64,000 nt of DNA. Source: a virus. The notes below the pieces were generated by a model. The model saw only the letters and a program-made list of their open reading frames with translations. It made no database searches and had not been told where the DNA came from. The position numbers were made by a program, and so were the translations under genes. Positions 49,029 to 58,534 of this stretch are shown piece after piece. Each line of letters opens with the position of its first letter. Within the stretch, counting starts at the first letter, position 1. The stretch covers positions 8,655 through 72,654 of the IMG/VR virus record IMGVR_UViG_3300023196_002944; one strand, written 5' to 3'.

Positions 49029-49600
49029 GATTTTCTCTCCGGCAAGGCTTCAGCTACGACCAAGGAGTCGAAGGGATTAGTTGCTGCGGGTTTGCTTGTG
49101 ATAACCAATTCATCATCCTCTGCTGAGAGGAATCCCAGCGGTTCGTTGGTTTTGGTGTCGAAGAGGGCACCGCAGTCGATGCAGATGGACACATCTTTTA
49201 GGAACTCGGGTGGGTTGGGGGGAATCATGAGATTGTGGGGACAAGGAGGTGTCTCTGGTTCTACTGCAGGTTCGAAGACAATTTCCACCTCTTCCTCATC
49301 GTTGTCATCATCAACGAGTGCGATAGGAGGGGGAAAATCGATAGACTCTCCTGCGAGTCCGAAAAGAGCAGCACCGTCGACGTAATGGTCAATGTTGGTT
49401 TTCTCCCCTCGGGAACGTGCCATTTTTACGCAGACCATGAACATCCAGCCTTCTTCTTCAGTGAGTTTGTGTTCACTGTAAGCATTGAAGATGGCAACAG
49501 TGCGTTTCATGCTGCGTTCAGCGTGGATGTCGCGCTCGGCAGCGCGGTCTTCAATTTGATCGCCTGCAATTTCGAGGATGGTAAAGGCTGATGTCTTCAT
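48665..49600 (-). CDS. DUF6378-like protein with a long C-terminal extension overlapping Prim-Pol
   Basis: DRAAERD...ERSM...GWMFMVCVKMAR...DHYVDGAALFGLAGE; the last ~120 aa overlap Prim-Pol in another frame. Confidence 0.7.
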   Translation of the reverse strand: MKTSAFTILEIAGDQIEDRAAERDIHAERSMKRTVAIFNAYSEHKLTEEEGWMFMVCVKMARSRGEKTNIDHYVDGAALFGLAGESIDFPPPIALVDDDNDEEEVEIVFEPAVEPETPPCPHNLMIPPNPPEFLKDVSICIDCGALFDTKTNEPLGFLSAEDDELVITSKPAATNPFDSLVVAEALPERKSWQTTSHPSMASTSGVKSSGKNGSFSQRSDKKKGQQSAGNTISRSHQVQKNSGAASPNSTQATTASSPAKPAASPSSTLTLPSTKTSGQSPASRGSGSSTQKPPVAGVTTTSNGKKDIGAG

Positions 49601-49611
49601 GTTTGCTCCGT

Positions 49612-49830
49612 TTATGGTTTATGCTTCTGCAAGGCTTCTTCGATCTTTTCGTGAAATTCCGGGGTATCAAAATTTTCGGTGATTATACGGCAGGTGCTAA
49701 GTAATCCCATTAAAGACTTGAGTTCATATTCACCAAAATCGCAGACTTCTTGTTCATTTAACATGTCAAGACATTGTTCAAGATCAGGAGCGGTATTTTC
49801 GATGGCGCAGTAGCTCATGTTAGCCATCAT
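49612..49830 (-). CDS. Conserved phage hypothetical protein
   Basis: MANMSYC.IENT..DLEQC pattern; RBS aaggag. Confidence 0.65.
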   Translation of the reverse strand: MMANMSYCAIENTAPDLEQCLDMLNEQEVCDFGEYELKSLMGLLSTCRIITENFDTPEFHEKIEEALQKHKP

Positions 49831-50164
49831 CTTTCTCCTTGAAGTCGCAGTGGCCAGAAGGATTATCGCTCCCACAATGTAGACAGCAATACTTGCTGTG
49901 AACGAGACGGTTACCTACGCAGCGTTTTGGGTCGATGTAGGTGTGACAGAGAGCAAGTCTGTCTTTTTGATCTTGAGTAAGAACAATTTTTTCAGGTTCG
50001 ATTTCAATTTCGGTGTGATGGAAATCGTAGATGTTGGTCCATTCAAGGCCACAGTCACGGCATATGACTTCGATATATTTTTCATCACTTCTGACACGAT
50101 TGATTGAATTAGATCGGCAACTGGGGCATAGGTTGGGCGGAGAGTCGAGGCATATGGTAGTCAT
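49820..50164 (-). CDS. Cys-rich zinc-finger-like protein
   Basis: CPSC, CRDC, CLHC. Confidence 0.6.
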   Translation of the reverse strand: MTTICLDSPPNLCPSCRSNSINRVRSDEKYIEVICRDCGLEWTNIYDFHHTEIEIEPEKIVLTQDQKDRLALCHTYIDPKRCVGNRLVHSKYCCLHCGSDNPSGHCDFKEKDDG

Positions 50165-50469
50165 GCGGCTTTTCTCATTGCCATCAGTTCGTGTAGACCA
50201 GTGTTGGTAGCACGGTCGGCATAGTAGACATCAAGGCCAAGACCATTGGCAACTTTGGCGATAGTTTTGAAGTGTGGAAACATGACGCGGCAGTCGATCC
50301 AGTTGTAGAGAGTCTGGACGCTGACTTCTGCGTCCAGTGCAAGTTTGGAAAGAGCGAGACCTTCGTTTCGGTTCATGTAGATGATGTATTCAACGAGTTC
50401 ATCGAAGGCTTTGTAGTGGGCTTCTTGGGACATGGCTTTGTGCCACATTTTTAAGCTCATTTTCTTCAT
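50161..50469 (-). CDS. XRE/Cro-like HTH transcriptional regulator
   Basis: LSKLALDAEVSVQTLYNW...P...TIAKVANGLG. Confidence 0.78.
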   Translation of the reverse strand: MKKMSLKMWHKAMSQEAHYKAFDELVEYIIYMNRNEGLALSKLALDAEVSVQTLYNWIDCRVMFPHFKTIAKVANGLGLDVYYADRATNTGLHELMAMRKAA

Positions 50470-50474
50470 CGGTT

Positions 50475-50885
50475 TTATTCTCCAGTCTCTGGGGGCGTGT
50501 GCAAATCGGCATACCTGTGGATGTGTTTCAGGTCTGTGAGTACGGTATCCAGACGTTGAGCGAGTTCATCGATTTCGGGGTGACTGCGGTCGACGTAACG
50601 AAGTAATTCGATATGAGTAAAGCCGTGAAGGTTGATATTAGACATGGGTTCTAACATGTCGAGTTCAGAATCCACGAACTGGTAGATGATTTCAGATTCG
50701 TCTGGCGAGGTGACGAGGCAAACTTGGTAGGCAGTGTTGAAAGGGTTGGGGTGTGGGTATTCCAAGAACATGAGCGGTGTGCGGTCGCGTTGCATACCTA
50801 GCATGTGGTCGGTAGTTCCAAAGGCGAAGTCGTGCACACCTCGGGTGATGACAATTTTGTCACCGCGTTGAAATTTGTTTGGCAT
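50475..50885 (-). CDS. Hypothetical protein
   Basis: Start MPNKFQRGDK with RBS ggag. Confidence 0.6.
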   Translation of the reverse strand: MPNKFQRGDKIVITRGVHDFAFGTTDHMLGMQRDRTPLMFLEYPHPNPFNTAYQVCLVTSPDESEIIYQFVDSELDMLEPMSNINLHGFTHIELLRYVDRSHPEIDELAQRLDTVLTDLKHIHRYADLHTPPETGE

Positions 50886-51147
50886 GCTGTTTTGCTCCAA
50901 CTTTTATGAGGAAGGGTTTGTGGGCTTGCGATACGATCAATTGGTAATGCCCTTTGGGTAAGTCGTCAGGCATGACGTTGAATATGGCTTCCCACATGAT
51001 GTAGCGTGCTTCTGCGTGCCCATAGCCTCGGTTTGAAGCTTTAGATAACAAGTCGTAGAGACGTAGAATGTCGATTATGTGTTCCTTGGGGATCATATAG
51101 TGGGTTTCGGTTTTGGGTTCGAAAAAGGCTTTTATTGCTTTCCACAT
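50860..51147 (-). CDS. Hypothetical protein
   Basis: Start MWKAIK with RBS aaggag. Confidence 0.6.
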   Translation of the reverse strand: MWKAIKAFFEPKTETHYMIPKEHIIDILRLYDLLSKASNRGYGHAEARYIMWEAIFNVMPDDLPKGHYQLIVSQAHKPFLIKVGAKQHAKQISTR

Positions 51148-51157
51148 AGGGGCTCCT

Positions 51158-51679
51158 TTAAGGCTGCGCTTGCATCCACTCAATGGCTTCTTCAAAATAG
51201 TTGGAACCAATAGAACGTCGTATTATTTTGTCGACGTAGAGAGTTTCAGTCATGTCGCAGGTTACAGAAGTGAGTATTTCTGTGCCTTCTGGGATGATAC
51301 AAAGTGCCAGTCCTACATCATGACCCCAGAAGCAATACTCTTTTGCTTTGGCTAAACTTAAGAAGCCAAAAAATCCGAAAGTTGAATCAAATGGAGATGA
51401 GTATTCAAAGCCGGGGGCGTAGTGCACATCTTCTCCCGTAGGGTGGTTTACTATTTTGCCCATCATGCGCTGATTCCTTTTGGCATTGCACCATTTGAGG
51501 ATGGAGTCAATAACAGCGAATCTGCCTGACAGGAAGAAGGAGTCGAGGTCATTTGAAAAGGTGAACCCTCCGCGTTGCGAGGGAGAGTAGTAAGACCAGT
51601 ATTTAGACCTTCTTCCTTTGGTTCTTCGAATTTCAACCCATTTGTAGAAGGGGGTGGGGCAGTTAGTTATGCGCGGCAT
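51158..51679 (-). CDS. Hypothetical protein
   Basis: Likely start MPRITNC; C-terminal GF...CIIPEGT motif. Confidence 0.55.
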   Translation of the reverse strand: MPRITNCPTPFYKWVEIRRTKGRRSKYWSYYSPSQRGGFTFSNDLDSFFLSGRFAVIDSILKWCNAKRNQRMMGKIVNHPTGEDVHYAPGFEYSSPFDSTFGFFGFLSLAKAKEYCFWGHDVGLALCIIPEGTEILTSVTCDMTETLYVDKIIRRSIGSNYFEEAIEWMQAQP

Positions 51680-53969
51680 ACTCGTCTTCAGCATTAAGCT
51701 CATGGGTGGTGTCCTCTGTCTTCCAGTCAATTATCATTCCGCGATGGGTTTCGTCATCGACACGCAAGACTCTTATTTTTACGAAGTGGTGTTTCAGCAT
51801 GCGTGAGAAGTTGGACGGTGAGAGGTCTTTGCCTCCCTGAATGTAGTGATAGACCTTGTAGAGTTCGTCGCGTTTTACTTTGGATGGCCGTGAATCGGCG
51901 GCATCAGCTATCCACTGATCGATGATCTTCTTGCTCTGTTCAAACTCAAGCATCTTGTTGAACGGGGGTTCTGCCATGCCAAGGTCAGTGAAGTAATCCA
52001 AATCGCATGCGTGCAGGGCATTGAAGAAATGATCGACTGAGTTCTGGGCAGCGAGGCGCATGTCCACCTTGGCTGAGTTGTCTGTGGCCATCATGACGCG
52101 CTGTTCATCGATCTCCAGATGCATGATGAAGCCCATGAAGTGGGCTAGCTCATGTTCGATCTGTTGAATCTCTTTTGTGGTAATGAGTAACCGGGCTTCT
52201 TGGCGTGCCGCAACGTGATGCCGGCGGTCAGATTCGGGGATAGCGATGGCGTCGTGGTCGTTAGATGCGAAGATGATGCCGAAGTAAACAGGGACTTGGT
52301 ATGGGTTGGTGCGCATGGGCCGAATTCGCCCCGTTGGCTCCGTGATCATGTTTCTTATCTGATTAATAGTTTTTCGGTCGGAAATTCCGTCCAACTTAAC
52401 TTCATCCACAAAGAGCAAGAGACAATACTCCATCCATTCATTAAAGGAATCTTTGAAATCTTGAACTGTGATAATACGGCAGTAGTCAGGGCCGAGGGTC
52501 GGAGCAATGATATTGTGGAATAGTAAACCCTTGCCTGTTCCTTCCACTCCATGCAAAACAATGGCGGTGCCGGGCTTGGTTCGCCTTTGATATATCCACG
52601 CAAGCCAGTGCAATAGGGTTGTATAAGATTCCTCGTCAGCGGTGACATGGTGCATGATCCTTTCTATGGTAGCGGGCAGGTGATCTTGTTTCGGGGGCAC
52701 GTTGCGCATGTACACAGTCGGGACGTAACGGTTGGCACGCTGTTTCTTCATGTCGAGTAGCTTGGAGTCGTGCGGATCGAAGCAATACTCCCAATCAGGT
52801 ATGGGATCGGGTAGCTGGCTCCCGTGTTGCACCATGAAGTCGTTTAAACGGTCTCTGGCCCCGGTTCTGGCAAGCAGGAGACTGGGCACGTCGGGGTCAT
52901 AGATGCCGTTCCAGTAGCTGTCTGATTTGAAATCACGAAACACGATGGGCATGCGGCCGGTGGGTTCTTGGTGTCGTTGTATCTGTTCCCAGTAATCCGG
53001 CAGGAAGGTCTCGGTCAGGTAGATGGGCTCTCCCTTGAAGTTCAAAATAAATCGCGGGTTCTCTTTCGGGTGCCAGTAACCGTAGCTGTCACCACCGTTG
53101 ATATTGAGGTACACAAATCCGCGCTCTGAGCGTATGGGTCCGGTGATGTGCGCACGAGACGGGTTGGTCATGACCCGGTGCCCCATCATTGATTTGAAAC
53201 GGCAGGTTTTGGGTTTCAGACCGGCCCGCTTGCGCACCTTGTTGACCGTCGCCTGCACGCGTTCCTCGGTTTCACTCATGGAGCGCGGATCAATATCGAT
53301 CGATGCGCGTCTCTGGCCCTGATTCACCTGCACAATCCGATCCGCAATGTCGATGTTGGGGTCGATGCCCACGATCACCGGCGGTGCGATGTAGAGCAGC
53401 TTGTCGTTCTGGCAGGTGGTGGTGTCGACGGGGTATTTGAGCGTGGTGCCATTCACCGAGAGGGCCAGTTGCGATTCCAGCCCTTCGTCGAGGTTGATGC
53501 GCTGCAGCCACGATTTGAGCATCGGGGCCGGGATTGGCGCGTCGAGCAGGAAGAATACGTGGGCAGATAGGCCGCGTGAGAAGCCGTGAGAGGCGCTGTA
53601 TTGGATGATGTGGTCTACGTCATGGAGTTCAGAGGGCAGGGCGCGCTTGATGAAGTCTGGTACGTCTGTGAAGCCTCTGGCCCGGTCAATGTCGATACAC
53701 AGCCATTCAGTGTCGTCTTCGGTGCGTGTCGCGCCGGCCCGAGACTCATTGGCAAGGCTCCGATGGAGGGTGCCTTTGAGTAAGCAGTGGCCCATATCGG
53801 CGTGTGCCCTGATTGCCGCTTCGAAGGTGTCGAGGTCGTCAACTTCGTGATGGAAGGAGTTGAAGTCGCGGATGTGTGGGTAAGGGTTCTTGGTGACGTG
53901 GCCGTTTTCGACGGTGATGGTTTTTGTCAGCGGGGTTTTGTCCGCTGCCTGAAGAAAAAAGAGCTTCAT
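51663..53969 (-). CDS. Primase-helicase (AEP-like N-terminus plus SF3/DUF5906-type P-loop helicase)
   Basis: WLCIDID and SAHVFF primase motifs; Walker A GVEGTGKG, Walker B LFVDE, FASN, DRR; RBS ggag before ATG 53969. Confidence 0.88.
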   Translation of the reverse strand: MKLFFLQAADKTPLTKTITVENGHVTKNPYPHIRDFNSFHHEVDDLDTFEAAIRAHADMGHCLLKGTLHRSLANESRAGATRTEDDTEWLCIDIDRARGFTDVPDFIKRALPSELHDVDHIIQYSASHGFSRGLSAHVFFLLDAPIPAPMLKSWLQRINLDEGLESQLALSVNGTTLKYPVDTTTCQNDKLLYIAPPVIVGIDPNIDIADRIVQVNQGQRRASIDIDPRSMSETEERVQATVNKVRKRAGLKPKTCRFKSMMGHRVMTNPSRAHITGPIRSERGFVYLNINGGDSYGYWHPKENPRFILNFKGEPIYLTETFLPDYWEQIQRHQEPTGRMPIVFRDFKSDSYWNGIYDPDVPSLLLARTGARDRLNDFMVQHGSQLPDPIPDWEYCFDPHDSKLLDMKKQRANRYVPTVYMRNVPPKQDHLPATIERIMHHVTADEESYTTLLHWLAWIYQRRTKPGTAIVLHGVEGTGKGLLFHNIIAPTLGPDYCRIITVQDFKDSFNEWMEYCLLLFVDEVKLDGISDRKTINQIRNMITEPTGRIRPMRTNPYQVPVYFGIIFASNDHDAIAIPESDRRHHVAARQEARLLITTKEIQQIEHELAHFMGFIMHLEIDEQRVMMATDNSAKVDMRLAAQNSVDHFFNALHACDLDYFTDLGMAEPPFNKMLEFEQSKKIIDQWIADAADSRPSKVKRDELYKVYHYIQGGKDLSPSNFSRMLKHHFVKIRVLRVDDETHRGMIIDWKTEDTTHELNAEDEYAAHN

Positions 53970-54000
53970 GGCGCAGTCTCCAAGGGGGTGGGCAGCTAGT

Positions 54001-54029
54001 GTGATACCACGTGGTTCATAAGGGCACAA
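54001..54029 (-). promoter_or_regulatory. Possible sigma70-type promoter for the primase operon
   Basis: Minus strand TTGTGC-N17-TATCAC with an extended -10 TG; overlaps the palindrome accacgtggt. Confidence 0.4.
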
Positions 54030-54049
54030 GTGAGCAATCACTAACTTGG

Positions 54050-54540
54050 GTTTATTATATTCGAATATTAAGAGGTGCTTTTATAGGTGGGGCGGTTCAG
54101 CCTGCGAGGAAAAACGGTTACGGTGGTACAGTGCTTCGCTAAGTGCTTGATCGATCAACAATGTTACAGGGAAACAGGGAGACTAGGCTTAAGTTACACT
54201 TATGTTACACTTTTTATTCTTATAAGTATATGAATTATATACTATGTTACACTTATATAGTTATATTGTAAGTTAATTAGTATTAACCGGGGAATACATA
54301 AAAACTGTAATGTAAGGGTCTAGTGTGTGCTACGTCCCCACCGGGGGGAAATCGCAGATTCACTACCTTTTTAACTACGTATGTGTAACTTACCTTTGGA
54401 ATCAAAGGCTTAGAAGAGAAATAAGTGTAACAAAAGGGCTAAAAAAGTGTAACATGTTACACTTTTTTGTGTAACATGCTAAATGTCATCTCCGTGGAGA
54501 CGGATTTCGGGCTGGTAGGTGCGCGCCAATGTTACACATC
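54050..54540. other. Putative replication origin: AT-rich region with TGTTACAC/GTGTAACA iterons and a 28-bp palindrome
   Basis: Repeats at about 54162, 54193, 54203, 54245, 54383, 54425, 54447, 54455, 54469, 54530; perfect palindrome aaaaaagtgtaacatgttacactttttt at 54441-54468; directly upstream of the primase-helicase. Confidence 0.78.
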
Positions 54541-54949
54541 TGTCGATGGTCTTCCAACTGATCTGGTAGCGTTTGTACATTACGCTCAGAGGGATGCCGG
54601 CGTCGAAATCGGTGGCTATTCTGACGGCGCGCTTCAATCTCACCTCCCTGCGCGCGTCCCTGCACATGAGGAATACTGTGTTGCGTCCCAGTTGCACAAG
54701 CGAGGCGATTTGGTTGTAGGTGAACCGCCATTTCCAACCGATGGTGGGGGGCTCGGTTTTGATCGATAAAGCGATGACCCGTTCTTTATAGAGGGGGTTG
54801 ACTTGGCCGTAATGCTCTTTGTCACCGATGCGTTTAGGTACGACTTTTGGCCCCCAGTTGGTGTCTCTAGTCAGCCGCTGCCAGCGTGGTTTCGGTGGGC
54901 TTTTGCTGAGACGCGAGGGTTTGATAGAGGTGGGCTTGTGCGCGGACAC
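54479..54949 (-). CDS. Basic protein with two HTH-like segments (start uncertain)
   Basis: FTYNQIASLVQLGRNTV and GIPLSVMYKRYQISWKTIDR. Confidence 0.55.
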   Translation of the reverse strand: MSAHKPTSIKPSRLSKSPPKPRWQRLTRDTNWGPKVVPKRIGDKEHYGQVNPLYKERVIALSIKTEPPTIGWKWRFTYNQIASLVQLGRNTVFLMCRDARREVRLKRAVRIATDFDAGIPLSVMYKRYQISWKTIDRCVTLARTYQPEIRLHGDDI

Positions 54950-55490
54950 GGATGAGTTCCTTTTGTGAGAGTTGCACGATCTTGGCCTGTCGGATGGTGT
55001 CGGTCAGAGCGTGGTGTTTTGGCCCCTCTACTTGGGGGTTTGGACCGCCACCGTTGGGCCATGCTGCATCCTTGAGAGTGCGAAGGCTGCGGGGCTGATA
55101 GAACCTGAAGGGCCAGCGGGCTTTAACGGCGTGCATGTTGCAGCGAATGATGGCGACATCGAAGTCAGGATCGTTTGCCCAGACATGCAGTACCTTGAAT
55201 GGGAGGTTCGATAACCACATGGCGAAATTGTGCATGGCTACAGCGAGACTGGGTCCACCTTTTTCAATTTCAGCGCGTGCTTCGGTTGACTGTTCTTTCC
55301 ACCACTTGATGGTGGACTCAGTTACACGCATGCCTTTGTCGATTCCTGAGTTGAGGTCGATGCGGGTGTAGAAGGTTTCAAGAATCTCATCACTGAGGGG
55401 ATCGAAGAGGCAGGCACCAAGAGAGACCATAGCTACGTTGGCATCTGGCTCGGGAGTGCCCATGGTTTCGATGTCAGTCATTAAGTCCAT
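54867..55490 (-). CDS. DEDD 3'-5' exonuclease (DUF5051/Rv2179c-like)
   Basis: DLMTDIETMG, STIKWWKEQS, WANDPDFD, HHALTD. Confidence 0.85.
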   Translation of the reverse strand: MDLMTDIETMGTPEPDANVAMVSLGACLFDPLSDEILETFYTRIDLNSGIDKGMRVTESTIKWWKEQSTEARAEIEKGGPSLAVAMHNFAMWLSNLPFKVLHVWANDPDFDVAIIRCNMHAVKARWPFRFYQPRSLRTLKDAAWPNGGGPNPQVEGPKHHALTDTIRQAKIVQLSQKELIRVRAQAHLYQTLASQQKPTETTLAAAD

Positions 55491-55536
55491 TGGATATGAC
55501 CTGTTGTGGTTGGGATAAGCCATATTGTAGCTCGGG

Positions 55537-55773
55537 TTAATGGTGTGTGTCATTAGAGATAACTATTTTGACTGGTGGGGTGGTATTTTGCCCTTCAATC
55601 CCGCGCATGATTTCATCCGTGTCTTGCTGCGGGATTTTGTTGTAGGGCTCGGTGAAGTCGTGGTTGCGTTCTTCTTCGTCGTAGTCACGGGTCATCCAGA
55701 TGAAGAACCATGTGCATACCACGCCGAAGATGGCGACTCCGCAGATGATGAATGTGATGAGGTAAGGGTTCAT
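55537..55773 (-). CDS. Small single-TM protein
   Basis: Hydrophobic N-terminal helix and acidic tail. Confidence 0.6.
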   Translation of the reverse strand: MNPYLITFIICGVAIFGVVCTWFFIWMTRDYDEEERNHDFTEPYNKIPQQDTDEIMRGIEGQNTTPPVKIVISNDTHH

Positions 55774-56042
55774 TTATCTTCCTTGAAGCGCTCGGGATAG
55801 TATTTCTTTTCGAGTTCGTCGAGTTCGTCGAGCGCTTTGTTGGCTTCTGCAATCAGACCATCAAGACTTCTGTCTCGGAACATAGCATGTCCGATGGCAT
55901 AGAGGGCGTAGAAAGGAGCGAAGGGGAGGTAGTTGATGAACTGCCAGAAACTACGGCGTTCAATGTTGCAGACAACATCCATGATGAGAAAGATGATGGC
56001 ACAGACAAGAAGGTAGCTTGTGAGCATGGGGATGATGTTCAT
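55770..56042 (-). CDS. Small membrane protein
   Basis: Two hydrophobic segments; ATGA coupling. Confidence 0.6.
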   Translation of the reverse strand: MNIIPMLTSYLLVCAIIFLIMDVVCNIERRSFWQFINYLPFAPFYALYAIGHAMFRDRSLDGLIAEANKALDELDELEKKYYPERFKEDK

Positions 56043-56257
56043 GTCGGTGCCTTGGTGTGAAATTTACGGGTCTTGAGAACCTCAAGTAGATCGACGCCGT
56101 AGCTTTCGGTGGCATCGAAGAAGTCGGTCCCCATATTTTGTGCCATGTTGCATATGGCTTCTGGGGTATCTCGGGTTGCCATGCCTACAATGGCAATGAG
56201 AGCATTCAGAGCCATTTCGAGATTTTCAATGCGTTCTTTCATTTCTTGTTGGTTCAT
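56039..56257 (-). CDS. Hypothetical protein
   Basis: Start MNQQEMK with RBS gggag. Confidence 0.55.
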   Translation of the reverse strand: MNQQEMKERIENLEMALNALIAIVGMATRDTPEAICNMAQNMGTDFFDATESYGVDLLEVLKTRKFHTKAPT

Positions 56258-56472
56258 GATGCTCCCCAGTTGTAGTGGATGTCGCGGATGTCCACGTCGA
56301 TGGCCATGCATTTGCTAGCGTCACAGGGAGTGAACACAAGGCGGATTAGTGGATCAGTTGTGATGTCCTCCCCAGTGTCTATGGCTATGATTTGTTCAAT
56401 GTTACCGTAGCGGATGGAGGCGGTGAGCATTTCAGCTAGTATGCGAGTGCGTTGTTTGGCGTCATCTATCAT
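56254..56472 (-). CDS. Hypothetical protein
   Basis: 72 aa, ATGA coupling. Confidence 0.55.
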   Translation of the reverse strand: MIDDAKQRTRILAEMLTASIRYGNIEQIIAIDTGEDITTDPLIRLVFTPCDASKCMAIDVDIRDIHYNWGAS

Positions 56473-56687
56473 GATTTCACCGCAGGTAGGAGGTCTTCAG
56501 GTAATACGCCGTTGGTGCGTAGTACGGCATGAGCAAACATGTCGGTGGGGGTGAACTCATAGATGCCAGCGTGCCGCGCCATTATCATTTTGCGCAGGTG
56601 ATCGATGGTGAGATCGACATATTCTTTGTTCATAAACACGGGAGCGTTCATCGATATGACGGGCGTTTTATTTGCAGTATCTGTCAT
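56469..56687 (-). CDS. Hypothetical protein
   Basis: 72 aa, directly downstream of the polymerase. Confidence 0.55.
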   Translation of the reverse strand: MTDTANKTPVISMNAPVFMNKEYVDLTIDHLRKMIMARHAGIYEFTPTDMFAHAVLRTNGVLPEDLLPAVKS

Positions 56688-58521
56688 CGTATTCAGCCTC
56701 GGCGTCGAGTGGGAGATCAGGGCACCAATTGGGTGGTGTTCTCATGACTTCTAGTTTGAACTCTTTTGCTTCTTCAACGTATTCTTCACGCACCAGTGAA
56801 CTCACTTCATCATGTGTGTTCATGACGATCTTGAGTTCCCATTCTGGTTTGGCTTCAACCTCAATGATGGCGGTGTGCCATTTTACGACGATGAATGCTA
56901 GTGCTTGGATGATGTTCTCAATTAGTTTGGCACCATAGATGTCAATCTCTGCACCGTTGTATTTATATTTGTAGACGCCTTCAGGTGTGATTTCAGGGTA
57001 AGACAGGCACAAACCGTTTGGGAGAATGATCTTGTCTTTGGTGATGGTGTAGCACTTGTATTGGATGTAGTGGGCTCTGGTGGCGCTAAGGATGCCACGG
57101 ATATAACCATCAGCCATTCGCCAACTTCCGACGATGGCACGACGTAGCTGACGATATAAGTGGACAACATTCTGCCCAAATACCTCATCGATGTGGATGT
57201 GAGGCATGCCAAACTTAATGGCGTTGTAGTTCACGGTGTGGGTGAATTTGACGTAGCCAACACCATAACCAAGCGAGAGTTCTGCTTGCTTGCCTATGAA
57301 TCGCTCATCTGGATTGCCCTTCTTAGTGAGTGACATGTCATCGAAGATGCGTTTGGCTAACTCTAGGTATGGGTCACCACCACGACGGAAGATGTCAAGT
57401 AGAGGCAGTTCGCCCGCATGCCATGCATTGAGGCGACATTCAATCTGGCTTTCATCAGCCGTGAGGAACTTGAATCCGGGCGGGGCTGTGAGTGTGTGAC
57501 GCAGTCCACTGTTGTTGTCGAGGTTTTGTGGGTTTGATTTGTTACCACCTCCCAGCCTTCCAGTACGAGCATTGTTATGATTGTACCCAATAGGAAGGCG
57601 ACCAGTAGGCCCAGAAGCGTCGAAAATGAAACGAGCGGTTCTAGTTCTTGTTTGTGTTGATTTGCTTTCAATGCGGGCCTCCATGATGTCAGCGATTTCA
57701 GGCATCTCTTGTAGTTCTTGAAACCCAACATCAGATTTAGCAAAGGCCGGAACCATCTTTTCTTGTTTGTCACTCCATTTGAGTGGTACTTCAACACCAA
57801 TGGATTCAAGTAGGGTAGCGAACTTGATGTTGCTCGACAGTATTTTCTCATCGATGTTTAGTTCTTTGAACATCGCTTGCTTACGTGTTTCATCGGTTGA
57901 ACGTATTTGTTCAGCGAGTTCTTTGTTCAGTACGATGGCTGGATCAGTGAAGCAGCGCAGGATGATGTCGATGAATACCTTATCTTCATCTGGGATGAGG
58001 TCAATCATGTCATCGTAGGCTGTACCACAACCAAACGTGTCAGATATGCAGTAGAGGCCGAGCATTTTGCGTTGTTGAGGCGTGGGGTTGTGCACACCTC
58101 GCAAGCTGGTGAGTGCGGCGCGGTGTTCTTTGCCTTTGTGGCCCAGTCTCTTGAGTAGACTGTCGAGGTCATTGCGTTGGTGAAAGTATAGTGATCTGGC
58201 CATACCAAGTGTGCAGTGGTATGCCTTGGCGATGATGTTCAGCAGTTCAGTGAGTATTAGTCCGTCAAAGAGGTTGTTGTGGGCGACCATCAGTGTGTCG
58301 TCCCAATCAGTGAGGGGCAGTAGTTGTTCGCGTAACTCCCCCGGCGTTCCTTCGTACCATACTGGCATTCCATGGTTGATGGCCACGCCAACACCGAAGA
58401 TTTCAAACTCAGGGTGTCTTATGTACTCGGTATAGCTAAGGGTGGACAGAGTGCAGCCGGGGCCGTAGTACGATTCAAAGTCAACGATTGCTAGGTTGGT
58501 TGGTGGTGTCCATAGGTCCAT
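56668..58521 (-). CDS. Family A DNA polymerase with 3'-5' exonuclease domain
   Basis: VDFES, AHNNLFD, YCISD (Exo I-III); RTGR, NPQNL; motif A ADESQIECR; motif B RFIGKQAELSLGYG; motif C THDE. Confidence 0.93.
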   Translation of the reverse strand: MDLWTPPTNLAIVDFESYYGPGCTLSTLSYTEYIRHPEFEIFGVGVAINHGMPVWYEGTPGELREQLLPLTDWDDTLMVAHNNLFDGLILTELLNIIAKAYHCTLGMARSLYFHQRNDLDSLLKRLGHKGKEHRAALTSLRGVHNPTPQQRKMLGLYCISDTFGCGTAYDDMIDLIPDEDKVFIDIILRCFTDPAIVLNKELAEQIRSTDETRKQAMFKELNIDEKILSSNIKFATLLESIGVEVPLKWSDKQEKMVPAFAKSDVGFQELQEMPEIADIMEARIESKSTQTRTRTARFIFDASGPTGRLPIGYNHNNARTGRLGGGNKSNPQNLDNNSGLRHTLTAPPGFKFLTADESQIECRLNAWHAGELPLLDIFRRGGDPYLELAKRIFDDMSLTKKGNPDERFIGKQAELSLGYGVGYVKFTHTVNYNAIKFGMPHIHIDEVFGQNVVHLYRQLRRAIVGSWRMADGYIRGILSATRAHYIQYKCYTITKDKIILPNGLCLSYPEITPEGVYKYKYNGAEIDIYGAKLIENIIQALAFIVVKWHTAIIEVEAKPEWELKIVMNTHDEVSSLVREEYVEEAKEFKLEVMRTPPNWCPDLPLDAEAEYDDRYCK

Positions 58522-58534
58522 TGTTCATCCCCTT

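Noticed and set aside
48678-49385. 235-aa plus-strand ORF
   Set aside because: Antisense to two motif-bearing genes, no recognisable domain, TTG/GTG-type start.
54160-54540. CRISPR array or mini-array
   Set aside because: Repeats are only about 8 bp, occur in both orientations and are irregularly spaced; the Cas4-like gene is a common stand-alone phage nuclease.
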